From assembly GCA_963663385.2 (NCBI GenBank), contig CAXXXD010000003.1, forward strand, positions 640,001 through 704,000: DNA of 64,000 bases, written 5' to 3'. Under the pieces are notes generated by a model that was not told the DNA's origin, made no database searches, and saw only the letters and a list, made by a program, of their open reading frames with translations. Source of the DNA: Oceanispirochaeta sp. (GTDB lineage Bacteria > Spirochaetota > Spirochaetia > DSM-2461). Both the position numbers and the translations under genes were made by a program. Position 1 is the stretch's first letter. Each line of letters starts with the position of its first letter. Below are positions 1-8,911 of this stretch, in pieces.

Positions 1-203
1 GATAAAATCAAACAGGCCGTAGTTCGGGCCCGGTTGGCGGGACTGCTCAATATCAGGTCCGGGTTAATCCCCATTCCTTTTAATCTTCTGGCTATTGCCG
101 GAGCATCCTTCTGTCCCCGTTTGTTTAAAGGTCTATCAAAATCAGAAAGCTCATGATGTCCCCAGTCTGATTTGGCATGTCGGATAAGAACAAGGGTTTT
201 CAA
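1..203 (-). CDS. sixA: SixA-family phosphohistidine phosphatase, 5' part (runs off the window edge)
   Basis: Manual translation from TTG at 203 gives [34 protein letters not shown]...[15 protein letters not shown], with the RHAKS and SSPAxRA histidine-phosphatase motifs. Not in the ORF track. Confidence 0.85.
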   Translation of the reverse strand, partial: MKTLVLIRHAKSDWGHHELSDFDRPLNKRGQKDAPAIARRLKGMGINPDLILSSPANRARTTACLIL

Positions 204-212
204 TGTTTTTCC

Positions 213-650
213 TTATTTGTCATATAACTTTTTTTCCAGGTCATTGATCTTTTTATCTACCTGATTAATGCGGTATTCAATAGAGTTCAGAATCCAGAAC
301 TGGAAATGGTTTACCTTGTGGGATGTATACATCATCCATACTATCTTGATCGATAGAAAAAGAATCCCTATTTCCAGGGACACAAAAGGGGGGAGCCAGT
401 GAGTGACTATCTCAAGTGTGAAAAATGTAAGAACTACAACCAGAAAAAAGATATTAATAAGTCTTTCCTTGCGATGGCTCATGCTGCCGCCAAGATTTCC
501 GAGGAGTTTCTTTACTCGTTCTTTCTCTTTTTTAAACTCCTCAACTTCTCTTGCCAGTTCCTTTTCAAGATCTGTCTGGGGTATCTGGTTCGCTTCCAAA
601 ACACTCTCCTTTAGTTCAGCATTATTCTTATTATAATATGAAAATAACAT
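213..650 (-). CDS. Hypothetical membrane protein (two TM helices flanked by coiled-coil segments)
   Basis: 145-aa ORF with two hydrophobic stretches, ending 9 nt upstream of the sixA start. Confidence 0.7.
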   Translation of the reverse strand: MLFSYYNKNNAELKESVLEANQIPQTDLEKELAREVEEFKKEKERVKKLLGNLGGSMSHRKERLINIFFLVVVLTFFTLEIVTHWLPPFVSLEIGILFLSIKIVWMMYTSHKVNHFQFWILNSIEYRINQVDKKINDLEKKLYDK

Positions 651-692
651 AATAAGGTTTCAGGGAAAAATCTTCAACAACTTTCGCCTTGG

Positions 693-721
693 TTGACTCA
701 TATCAATTATATCTATAATAT
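693..721 (+). promoter_or_regulatory. Putative sigma70 promoter of rpsD
   Basis: TTGACT at 693-698, followed by TATAAT (714-719) or TAATAT (716-721). Confidence 0.5.
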
Positions 722-774
722 GTTGCACTGATGCCCTGTATGGGTGTTAAGAAATTTTAGGAGTATGTAAAGTA

Positions 775-1392
775 ATGGCAAGAAATTCCAAATCAAGAGG
801 AAAAGTTGTCCGCCGTTTAGGTGTCAATATTTACGGAAACAGTAAATATGATAGATTACTTAAAAAGAAACCTCATACCCCCGGACAGGAAAAAGGTAAA
901 CGGGTTCGGAAAAAAGAGAGTGACTACGGTAAACAGCTGGCTGAAAAGCAGAAAATCAAATTTTCTTACGGCATGAGCGAGAAACAGTTCTATAACCTGT
1001 TTCTGAAAGCCAAGAAAATGAGCGGACTGACCGGTGATAACATGATGATCCTTCTCGAAAGAAGACTGGATAACATCGTTTACAGACTGGGAATCGCTTC
1101 TACAAGAGCTCAGGCTCGTCAGATGGTAAGTCACGGACACATTCATGTGAACGGCCGCCGTTGTAACATTCCTTCAAGAAGCCTTCGCGAGGGTGATGAA
1201 GTCTCCGTCAAAGATAATGACAGAACAAAGAAACTGATTAGGGAATGCTTGTCTTCCAACAACATGCCCGTTCCTGTTTGGCTGACTCTGTCTGAAGATA
1301 ACCTGATTGGCCGTGTGGAAAGAAGTCCTTACAGGACAGACATCGCCAGCGTTGCCAATGAACAGATGGTTGTTGAGTTCTACTCCAAATAA
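775..1392 (+). CDS. rpsD: 30S ribosomal protein S4, zinc-free form, stand-alone
   Basis: [35 protein letters not shown] and VVEFYSK S4 motifs; no N-terminal Cys zinc ligands. Confidence 0.97.
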   Translation: MARNSKSRGKVVRRLGVNIYGNSKYDRLLKKKPHTPGQEKGKRVRKKESDYGKQLAEKQKIKFSYGMSEKQFYNLFLKAKKMSGLTGDNMMILLERRLDNIVYRLGIASTRAQARQMVSHGHIHVNGRRCNIPSRSLREGDEVSVKDNDRTKKLIRECLSSNNMPVPVWLTLSEDNLIGRVERSPYRTDIASVANEQMVVEFYSK

Positions 1393-1412
1393 TCCTGACT
1401 GTTTGTTATCTG

Positions 1413-1439
1413 AAACCCGGCATCAGCCGGGTTTTTTTT
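1413..1439 (+). terminator. Intrinsic terminator of rpsD
   Basis: AAACCCGGC-ATCA-GCCGGGTTT hairpin running into a T tract. Confidence 0.85.
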
Positions 1440-1695
1440 ATAATACTTTATATATCAGCCAGTGCTCCCTGACAGGATGGATCGGTCAGTGGAGAATGGT
1501 TTTTACAGTTTCCAGAGTATCATAACTGTTAAGAACCAGAAACCGGGATGATTAACGGCCTTAAATTCTGATATACGTGGATTTCACAGGATAATAGTTA
1601 AGTTCAGGAATGGTTGCAACTCTCTAGGTGTGGATAGTCATGATTTACTCCTGAAAGAAATGCGGAGTAAGCAGCTATCTCTCTTAATATTCAAA

Positions 1696-1714
1696 TTAGT
1701 CTTGCCTAAAATAA
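1696..1714. promoter_or_regulatory. Candidate DtxR/IdeR-type iron box upstream of the hutW operon
   Basis: TTAGTCTTGCCTAAAATAA matches TTAGGTTAGCCTAACCTAA at 14/19 positions and overlaps a possible -35 (TTGCCT). Confidence 0.45.
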
Positions 1715-1816
1715 TTATTTTAGCAATAATATATTTGGAAAAACTTAGGTAAATCCAGATTAACTATAAATAATAAAAAAGAATCATTTCGATTCTGCTT
1801 GTAGGAGAATCAAATA

Positions 1817-3373
1817 ATGACTGTAGAAGAAATGGACTATAAAGGCAAATGGGAAAGGTCTGCTGAAGATATGATGAATAGAATGCCTTCTTTTATGAAA
1901 GAGACAGTCAAAAAAAAGGTTGAGCAGGAAGCCCTGAGAAGGGGTATGGCAAGGATTACCAGTGATTTATTAAATGATATTAAATCAAGTATGATGAGAG
2001 GGTCTCCCCGACATTCGGAGAGGGAAGAGAGGGGCATCAGTGATTTCTATGCTTTGACTGACAAAGAACCCATCTTGGCCGGATTCAAAAAGAGGAGTAA
2101 AACTCCCCATGCCGGTATGGGGAGTATGGCACCTGTAGAGGACAGTTCCCGGATCTGGGACGATTTTTCCAGGCAGATTGACAGCGAGAAAGTCAGGGCT
2201 CTCTATATCCATATCCCCTTCTGCCTGGCTCGCTGTAAGTTCTGCGGCTTCTATCACTCGAAGACGAATAAAGAAGCAATCTCCGCCTATGTGGACGAAC
2301 TCCTCCGTGAAATGGATATGGTAGCGGATTCAACTTATGCCTCATCGACCCCATTCAATGCGGTCTATTTCGGCGGAGGGACGCCCACGGATATAGCTGC
2401 GGCAGATCTCAAACGGATCATGACCCATCTCCAAAGCCGCTGGAATCTGGCCAACGACTGCGAAATAACACTGGAAGGCCGTCTACACGGCTTTGACGAC
2501 GACAAGATGGCGGTGTGCCTTGACCAGGGAGTAAACAGATTCTCCTTCGGAATACAGTCCTTCAATACCCGGATACGCCGTTCGATGGGGCGTATTGAAA
2601 AGAAGGAATTCCTTCTCAAACGCCTTGATGAGATACTGAAAACCAATGGGGCCAATGTGTCCATCGACCTTATCTACGGTTTTCCCGAACAGAGTAATGA
2701 GATCTGGCTCGACGACCTGAAGTCTGCTGTGGAAAGCGGTGTAGACTCAGCCAGTATCTATCGTCTGAAACCTATGCCCGATTCTCCCATTCAGGAACTG
2801 GTGAAGCAGGGCAGACTCGCTCCTCCTGCCTCTATGGATGTTCAGGCCGAGCAGTTCGGCCTCTCCAACGATTTTTTCCGTTCTATGAATGCCCGTCGTG
2901 CCGGTGTGACCCACTGGGCTTTCACCAACCGGGAGCGCTGTGTGTACAACTCCATATCGGCCTACGGAGGTTCCATCCTGCCCGTGGGCTGCGGCGCCGG
3001 GGGAAATTTAGGAAAGTACAGCGTGATGCAGAGGATGAGCCTTAAAGAATATTCCGGCTATATAGAAAAAGGGCTAAAGCCCCTGGGTTCTATGATTGCC
3101 GAAAAGAAACAGAACCGGGCCCTTACCATGCTCAACGGAGAGCTTCACCTGAATCTGGGGATCAACCTTATTGAACACTCCCGAAGAACGGGCGAAGTGG
3201 GATTGAATGAAACCTTCGCCCCTCTTCTCGAACAGTGGGATGAGGCGGGGATGGTTTCATACAACAGGGAAATCGGTCTTGTGCGGCTGACTGATGCGGG
3301 TGTATTTCATGCGCCTCAAATCCAGCAGAACTTACTTGATTATTATGAATGGAAGAAAGGAGGAGAGGAGTGA
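1817..3373 (+). CDS. hutW: Anaerobic heme-degrading radical SAM methyltransferase (ChuW/HutW/HmuW family) with an extra N-terminal helical domain
   Basis: LYIHIPFCLARCKFCGF (CxxxCxxC), YFGGGTPT, EITLEGR and PVGCGAGG HemN/ChuW-like motifs; HutX domain and heme uptake genes nearby. Confidence 0.85.
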   Translation: MTVEEMDYKGKWERSAEDMMNRMPSFMKETVKKKVEQEALRRGMARITSDLLNDIKSSMMRGSPRHSEREERGISDFYALTDKEPILAGFKKRSKTPHAGMGSMAPVEDSSRIWDDFSRQIDSEKVRALYIHIPFCLARCKFCGFYHSKTNKEAISAYVDELLREMDMVADSTYASSTPFNAVYFGGGTPTDIAAADLKRIMTHLQSRWNLANDCEITLEGRLHGFDDDKMAVCLDQGVNRFSFGIQSFNTRIRRSMGRIEKKEFLLKRLDEILKTNGANVSIDLIYGFPEQSNEIWLDDLKSAVESGVDSASIYRLKPMPDSPIQELVKQGRLAPPASMDVQAEQFGLSNDFFRSMNARRAGVTHWAFTNRERCVYNSISAYGGSILPVGCGAGGNLGKYSVMQRMSLKEYSGYIEKGLKPLGSMIAEKKQNRALTMLNGELHLNLGINLIEHSRRTGEVGLNETFAPLLEQWDEAGMVSYNREIGLVRLTDAGVFHAPQIQQNLLDYYEWKKGGEE

Positions 3374-3921
3374 AGGAGAAAATTAAGGAATTCCTTTACT
3401 GGGAGAACATTGACCTGATATCAGTGGGGACCTTTGCGGCCCTGATAAGAGTCTCCACCTATCTTATCTCCATTTGCGGCGGGGGGATGAATCCCCTGGC
3501 TTTCATCCTTAAGAATATCATCGGAATAAGCCTCATTGTTGTATTGTGTCATAAGGTAACCCGCTTCGGAGTCCTGACCCTGTATTCCGCCGTCACCTAT
3601 CTGTTTTCCATGATCATATCGGGCAGCTTTACCCTTTCAATGCCTGTTGTTCTGATCTTCGCCCTGTTGTCGGATACACTGATGTACTTCGGAGGACGAA
3701 AGAAACGGCTGGGGGCGGTTCTTTTTTCGGTTATCTTCTATGAAATCGGGACAAAGCTATTCGGACTGGCCTACTCGTTCCTGTTCGTCAGGGAGGATAT
3801 AAGGCTTTTAATCATGCCGACTATCGTGGTTGTTATTGGACTTATCGGATCTTTTATAGGCCTTTACAGTGGAGCCAAATTGCTGAAGGAGCTGCGTCAT
3901 GCCGGGATTATTCGGAAGTAA
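3370..3921 (+). CDS. ECF transporter S component (MptD-like)
   Basis: Very hydrophobic ~183-aa protein ending ELRHAGII; GTG start overlaps the hutW stop (GTGA); precedes T and A components. Confidence 0.75.
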   Translation: MKEKIKEFLYWENIDLISVGTFAALIRVSTYLISICGGGMNPLAFILKNIIGISLIVVLCHKVTRFGVLTLYSAVTYLFSMIISGSFTLSMPVVLIFALLSDTLMYFGGRKKRLGAVLFSVIFYEIGTKLFGLAYSFLFVREDIRLLIMPTIVVVIGLIGSFIGLYSGAKLLKELRHAGIIRK

Positions 3922-4747
3922 ATTTCACAGATCGGAAGACTCATTCGCCATCAGACTGAGCGGTTGGACCAAGCTGGGCATGTGTACAGCCGTATCCGTG
4001 GTAACCCTATTCCTTAAGCATGAGCCGGCCCTTATGATTCTCCTGGCAGCGGGAGCGGTTTTCGCCTTTTCTCAACTGAAGCTGCGGGTCATCCTTTTTC
4101 TTTATCTTGCCATTGGAGTCATGTCGGCCCTCTCTGTGGGCTTTGCCTCCCTGCTGGGGCGGCTTGCTTCAAATATCCACCCCGCTTTTACCGGATATAA
4201 CGCCTTCGTTATGCTCCTCCCCTTTATGCGTGTTATCGCAGTAATGCAGGTCCTGGTGGTAACGGCCCTCTCCACCAGCCCCCAGGAGATCCTTACTAAT
4301 CTTAAAAGCATCAGACTGCCCCGCTTCCTCTACCTCCCCGTTCTGGTGATGCTCCGCTTCGTTCCCTCCTTTATCAACGATATGAAGCAGATCAATGAGA
4401 GCCTGAAAGTACGGGGTCTGCGGGTCAATCTGTTGACGTTGATAACCCGTCCCGGTCTCACCATCCGCTGCAGTGTCATTCCCCTAATCTTCAGAGCCTT
4501 CAGGTCGTCAGATGAGTTGGCCGTTGCCTCCGAATTGAAAGGGGTCGGTTATTTAAAGAAGACCACCTCCTTCAGGCCCAACAGAATGGGCCGGATCGAC
4601 GTTGTTATGATCCTTGTCTCAGTCCTCCTTCTCACTTCGTCTCTTTACCTTCAGTCTCTGGCCCCTCCCGAAGAATCGATGATGCACGGAAGAATGGGAT
4701 ACAACACGGAAGTGAAGATCAGCCCCTCTCCGGGACAGGATGTTTAA
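3899..4747 (+). CDS. ECF transporter T component (CbiQ/EcfT)
   Basis: Multi-TM protein with LRFVP, SLKVRG and ASELKG coupling-helix motifs. Confidence 0.85.
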   Translation: MPGLFGSKFHRSEDSFAIRLSGWTKLGMCTAVSVVTLFLKHEPALMILLAAGAVFAFSQLKLRVILFLYLAIGVMSALSVGFASLLGRLASNIHPAFTGYNAFVMLLPFMRVIAVMQVLVVTALSTSPQEILTNLKSIRLPRFLYLPVLVMLRFVPSFINDMKQINESLKVRGLRVNLLTLITRPGLTIRCSVIPLIFRAFRSSDELAVASELKGVGYLKKTTSFRPNRMGRIDVVMILVSVLLLTSSLYLQSLAPPEESMMHGRMGYNTEVKISPSPGQDV

Positions 4748-4749
4748 CA

Positions 4750-6180
4750 ATGGTAAAACTACGGAATATATCCTACAGCTATCCCCATAGCGATAAGAAT
4801 GTACTCTCCGGTTTGGATTATCACATCTCTCCGGGGGATGTGGTACTTGTCACCGGGGCAAGCGGCTGCGGGAAGTCTACCTTCATGCGCTGTCTCAACG
4901 GTCTTGTTCCCCACTTCTTCCAGGGAGAGCTGCAGGGAGAGGTGTTCATCGACGGAACGGATAGCCGGGATGAGAACATACCGGAGATTGCCTGCAAGGT
5001 GGGCTCCCTCTTTCAAGACCCTGAGCAGCAGTTCTTCACCCTGGATGTGGAAAGCGAGATTGCCTTTGGCCATGAGCAAAGGGGTGTGGAAGCGGAAAGG
5101 ATCAACTCTATCATTACCCGGATGGCCGAACGTCTGGGCATCTCCCATATTTTAAAATCCTCCCTCTTTACCCTTTCCGAGGGGGAGAAACAGAAGACGG
5201 CCCTGGCCTCGACTCTCTCCATGAAGCCGAAGGCAATCCTGCTGGATGAGCCGACGGCCAATCTGGACCACGAATCGACACTGAATCTGGCCGGGTTTGT
5301 AAGGGATTTAAAGGAAGAAGGGATCACTGTCATCATCGTGGACCACCGCCTCTACTGGCTCGACGGGATTGTTGATGCGACCCTGATCATGAAAGAGGGC
5401 CGGATCGTCAGGCAGTGCGCTTTTAAAGAACTTTATAATAAGGAGCTGAGAAAAGAGTTTGGATTGAGATCACCGGATATCAAAGGACTGAACAGGCATA
5501 TCGAAGGGATTCCCTCTACGGAGGCATGGACGGGAGACGCCGTAACCGTTTCGGGTCTGACATTCGGCTACAAGGGCAAGGACCTGCTTTTCGAGAATGA
5601 TAATTTCCGCTTCCCCATGGGTAAGGTCAGTTCCATCATCGGGCATAACGGATGCGGAAAAACCACTCTGGCCCGGCTTATGACTGGTTTAAGTAAGTTA
5701 AAAACAGGGGATATCTGTGTTGCCTCCGAGAGTCTCAGTACGAAACAACTGTGTAAACGGGCGGGACTGGTTTTTCAGAACTCGGATCATCAGCTGTTTA
5801 TGAGTACCGTTCTGGAAGAGATGGAAACAGCCGGCATGAAAATTAGAAAAAGAGAACGCAGGAAGAAGGCCGTAGATCTGCTGACCCACTTCAATCTGAA
5901 GGATTCCCTCCATGCTCATCCCCAGTCCCTTTCGGGAGGGCAGAAGCAGCGTCTGGTCATCGCCTGTGCTCTGATGAAGGAGCCGGACATCCTGATTCTT
6001 GACGAGCCCACCAGCGGATTGGACGGAAAGAACATGTCTGTCATAGCCCACACCCTTGAGAAGATAGGAAAAGAGGGGAGCTGCGTCATTCTCATCACAC
6101 ACGACCTTGAGCTTATCGCAAGTGCAAGTGACTATATATTGAATCTGGGAGATGTCCGCAAGGGAACTCCCGCTAAATAA
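4750..6180 (+). CDS. ECF transporter double ABC ATPase
   Basis: Two NBDs: GASGCGKS/LSEGEKQ/LLDEPT and GHNGCGKT/LSGGQKQ/ILDEPT. Confidence 0.92.
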   Translation: MVKLRNISYSYPHSDKNVLSGLDYHISPGDVVLVTGASGCGKSTFMRCLNGLVPHFFQGELQGEVFIDGTDSRDENIPEIACKVGSLFQDPEQQFFTLDVESEIAFGHEQRGVEAERINSIITRMAERLGISHILKSSLFTLSEGEKQKTALASTLSMKPKAILLDEPTANLDHESTLNLAGFVRDLKEEGITVIIVDHRLYWLDGIVDATLIMKEGRIVRQCAFKELYNKELRKEFGLRSPDIKGLNRHIEGIPSTEAWTGDAVTVSGLTFGYKGKDLLFENDNFRFPMGKVSSIIGHNGCGKTTLARLMTGLSKLKTGDICVASESLSTKQLCKRAGLVFQNSDHQLFMSTVLEEMETAGMKIRKRERRKKAVDLLTHFNLKDSLHAHPQSLSGGQKQRLVIACALMKEPDILILDEPTSGLDGKNMSVIAHTLEKIGKEGSCVILITHDLELIASASDYILNLGDVRKGTPAK

Positions 6181-6182
6181 GG

Positions 6183-7208
6183 ATGTTAAAAATGAAGATT
6201 GCCGTTATCTACTCCTCTAAAACCGGAAATACAAAGAAAGTGGCCCGGGCTATAAAAGATGCCCTGCCCGAGACCACAGATCTGATCGAAGCCAAAGATT
6301 TCAAGGGGGGCCATGATTACGATTTCATCTTTATGGGCTACTGGGTTGATAAGGGTACTGCCGATCGGGAAGCTCAGAAGGTGATGTCTCAGATCACCAA
6401 TAAGGAGGTGGCTATCTTCGCCACTCTGGGAGCCTATCCTGAGTCTGATCATGCCAGACAGAGCCTTGTGGGTGCCGCCTGCTGCTTCGGAAAGAACACG
6501 AAGGTTGTGGCCAGCTATATCTGTCAGGGAGCGATCGATCCGAAGATCATTGAAATGATGCGGAAAAACTCAGTCATACCCCATGGAAACTCGGAAGAGA
6601 GTGAAAAGCGCTGGGCCAACGGGGCAAGCCGCCCCGATGAGAACGATCTGAAAAAGGCAGCTGAGTTCGCCGTTAAAGCGATGGAAATGAGGGAGATTTT
6701 TGCTCCCTATAAAGAGAAGATAAAGACTGCCATGAAAGAGGCACTCGCTCAGGATCCGGGAATGCCGGCCATGGCGGCAATGAAATTTGGTGTGAGTGAG
6801 AAGGAAGTTTATGAGAACCTGCCGGAAGGAACGGTGAAATTTGTTGATATATCCAATTTTAAGGAAATCTGGGAAGAGATGGCGAGCTGGGAGAAGGTGC
6901 AATTCTTAAGCGTAAACTCAGGGCTGGTTATGGAAGTCCCGGGCAGACTTTCCCGGGGAAAGGAGGGACACGGCATGTTCAATCTGTCCGACAGGGATGC
7001 CCCCGTTCACGGTCATGTGATAGTCGACAATCTGGATTCCCTGGCCTTCGTATCCATACCTTTTATGGGTCGGGAGAGCCATAACGTGACCTTCTTTGCC
7101 AAGGACGGCAGCGTCGCTTTCGCTCTTTATCTGGGACGCAATGAAAAACGGGAAATCATTCCCGAAGTTAGAGAGTCCTTTCTGAAGCTTAAAGAATCTT
7201 TCTCATAG
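6183..7208 (+). CDS. Fusion of a flavodoxin-like domain (HmuF-like) and a HutX/ChuX heme-binding domain
   Basis: N-half: YSSKTGNTKKVA FMN loop, GYWVDKG, FATLGAYPESDHA. C-half: GVSEKEV, GKEGHGMFNL, HGHV, FVSIPFMGRESH and LYLGRNEKRE, typical of HutX/ChuX. Confidence 0.85.
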   Translation: MLKMKIAVIYSSKTGNTKKVARAIKDALPETTDLIEAKDFKGGHDYDFIFMGYWVDKGTADREAQKVMSQITNKEVAIFATLGAYPESDHARQSLVGAACCFGKNTKVVASYICQGAIDPKIIEMMRKNSVIPHGNSEESEKRWANGASRPDENDLKKAAEFAVKAMEMREIFAPYKEKIKTAMKEALAQDPGMPAMAAMKFGVSEKEVYENLPEGTVKFVDISNFKEIWEEMASWEKVQFLSVNSGLVMEVPGRLSRGKEGHGMFNLSDRDAPVHGHVIVDNLDSLAFVSIPFMGRESHNVTFFAKDGSVAFALYLGRNEKREIIPEVRESFLKLKESFS

Positions 7209-7394
7209 CACTCTTGTGCCCCCCTGTCCCGAAGAGGACGGGCCGCACCAGAAGTTAAATTGTGTATCTGTCTTTATAAAATTTCTTCTCATTCTCAGAA
7301 AATTATCCCGCAGTGCAACAAGTCGTAGTTTACAGGAGTCGGAAAACGAGGAGCTGCTGCTAAAAAAGCAGATACGACTTTAACTCTTTTTTTA

Positions 7395-8282
7395 TCAGCT
7401 CCTTCCTGTCTGGGTCATATTGTCCGGCACAACAATAATAAAATCGGCGATCTGCTCTCTCTCTTCGGTTGTCATCATATCCCATTCACTTTCCATTAAA
7501 GTAGTGATTGATTTGATGTTTATCCCGGGTTGTATTTCATTGATCCACCACATAATCCCCTGGCGATTGTTGCTGTGGTAGGAACCTGAAAAATGTAAAA
7601 GCAGGTTTCCAGGTTGATAGTTTTTCAGGGAGAAATAGGCCATTGTCGCATCCTTGGCAGCCTGAGCGGCCTGGAGATTTTTAATCTTAGGATTTGCATG
7701 GCCTCCCATAATAGAAGCCATATCGGCATAACACTTCACCTCATGATCAAAACGGGTTTTGAAATCCGGGCTGATCATGGTTAAAGCCTCAGGACTCAAA
7801 TGATCAAGAACTTCAATACCTCCTTTATTGATCATGGAGGCGTATCTGCGTGGTATATTGGTGGCAATGAAGCGGAGGCCCTTTTCCCTGGCGAAATCAA
7901 GAAGCGGTTTATAATCCGTTTTATAGTTTCCCCATAGCTGAGTTATTTCAGGAAGCATTTTATCTTCCTCATAGAATCCTTCTAAATATTCATTCAGCAC
8001 CAACTGGTTTCCGCTTTCAAACATTTCTGCTCCAAAAAACAGATCATCTCTTCTGATTTCGTATAGACTGTGACTCAACTCCTGCTGAAGCCAGTGGGAT
8101 ATCGGGTTGGTGTGGTACTCTCCAAAGAAGATCATATCCGATCGGGAAATATTGCTGATCATTTCTTCATATTTGATAGGCTTTCCTTCATTGGAATAGA
8201 GACGCCAGGCCGGCTTATCCTGGGCTATCGCCGATCCTGATATGCTGATCATCAGCAGTGATATAAGTTTTATGTTATTCAT
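7395..8282 (-). CDS. ChaN/PhuW-like exported heme-uptake protein
   Basis: Signal peptide; FFGEYHTNPISHWLQ, GAEMF, DYKPLLDFA, ATNIPR, KDATMA and GSYHS motifs of the ChaN family. Confidence 0.8.
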   Translation of the reverse strand: MNNIKLISLLMISISGSAIAQDKPAWRLYSNEGKPIKYEEMISNISRSDMIFFGEYHTNPISHWLQQELSHSLYEIRRDDLFFGAEMFESGNQLVLNEYLEGFYEEDKMLPEITQLWGNYKTDYKPLLDFAREKGLRFIATNIPRRYASMINKGGIEVLDHLSPEALTMISPDFKTRFDHEVKCYADMASIMGGHANPKIKNLQAAQAAKDATMAYFSLKNYQPGNLLLHFSGSYHSNNRQGIMWWINEIQPGINIKSITTLMESEWDMMTTEEREQIADFIIVVPDNMTQTGRS

Positions 8283-8447
8283 ATGTAACTCCTCAATGAA
8301 TGTCTTGATGTTTCCTCAGTTATTGGAGTGGGGCAGTAAAAAAAATAGAGGGCCATTACATAATTTCTTATGCATTAACCCTATGCATGCCTAGAGTATA
8401 GAGAGAAGGATCACCGGTAGATAATGACCGGCAATCCCATAGGAAAT

Positions 8448-8891
8448 CTACATTTCTACCTGAGAAAATTCTACTATGTTACCCATAATAGTAAACTCCA
8501 TAGTAACGCCATCCTCAAGGATGGTGAATACTTTGTCGGATGCTGATTCAGCAGTCATTCCCATATCTGGACAGTAGGCTTTGAAGGAAAAAATAATCTT
8601 ACCATCTTCTTCTGTAGTGGTAACATCCGTCGTATAGATATATGCCATTTCTCCCATCCCCCCGGACGACACATAGGAATCTTCCTTCAGTTCATAGTTG
8701 AGTGTGCTTACCTCACCCTGAATTGTTGCATTACCTGTCCATTGAACACCCATCATGTCGTCATATTCGGAAATCGTTTTAGGAAAATCATCATCACCGG
8801 AAGAGGAAGAACCATCATCGCAGGAAACGAACACCAGGGATGCAAAAACTACCAACACTACCAGAAAACTGCTGAAAAAACCTTTCTTCAT
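8448..8891 (-). CDS. Lipoprotein of unknown function, Met-rich
   Basis: Hydrophobic signal with FVS-C lipobox and a Ser/Asp linker; AAGGAG RBS; directly downstream of the TonB-dependent receptor. Confidence 0.75.
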   Translation of the reverse strand: MKKGFFSSFLVVLVVFASLVFVSCDDGSSSSGDDDFPKTISEYDDMMGVQWTGNATIQGEVSTLNYELKEDSYVSSGGMGEMAYIYTTDVTTTEEDGKIIFSFKAYCPDMGMTAESASDKVFTILEDGVTMEFTIMGNIVEFSQVEM

Positions 8892-8911
8892 TTTTTCACT
8901 CCTTAAATCTA

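Noticed and set aside
775..1392. rpsD as a zinc-starvation paralog linked to the metal-uptake island
   Set aside because: A stand-alone Cys-free S4 is usual in spirochaetes; it has its own terminator and no Zur-like box was seen.
7209..7394. Possible structured ncRNA between the convergent heme operons (hairpin 7217-7248; AAGTCGTA/TACGACTT inverted pair)
   Set aside because: The short imperfect stems are explained by termination between convergent genes; no recognisable RNA family.
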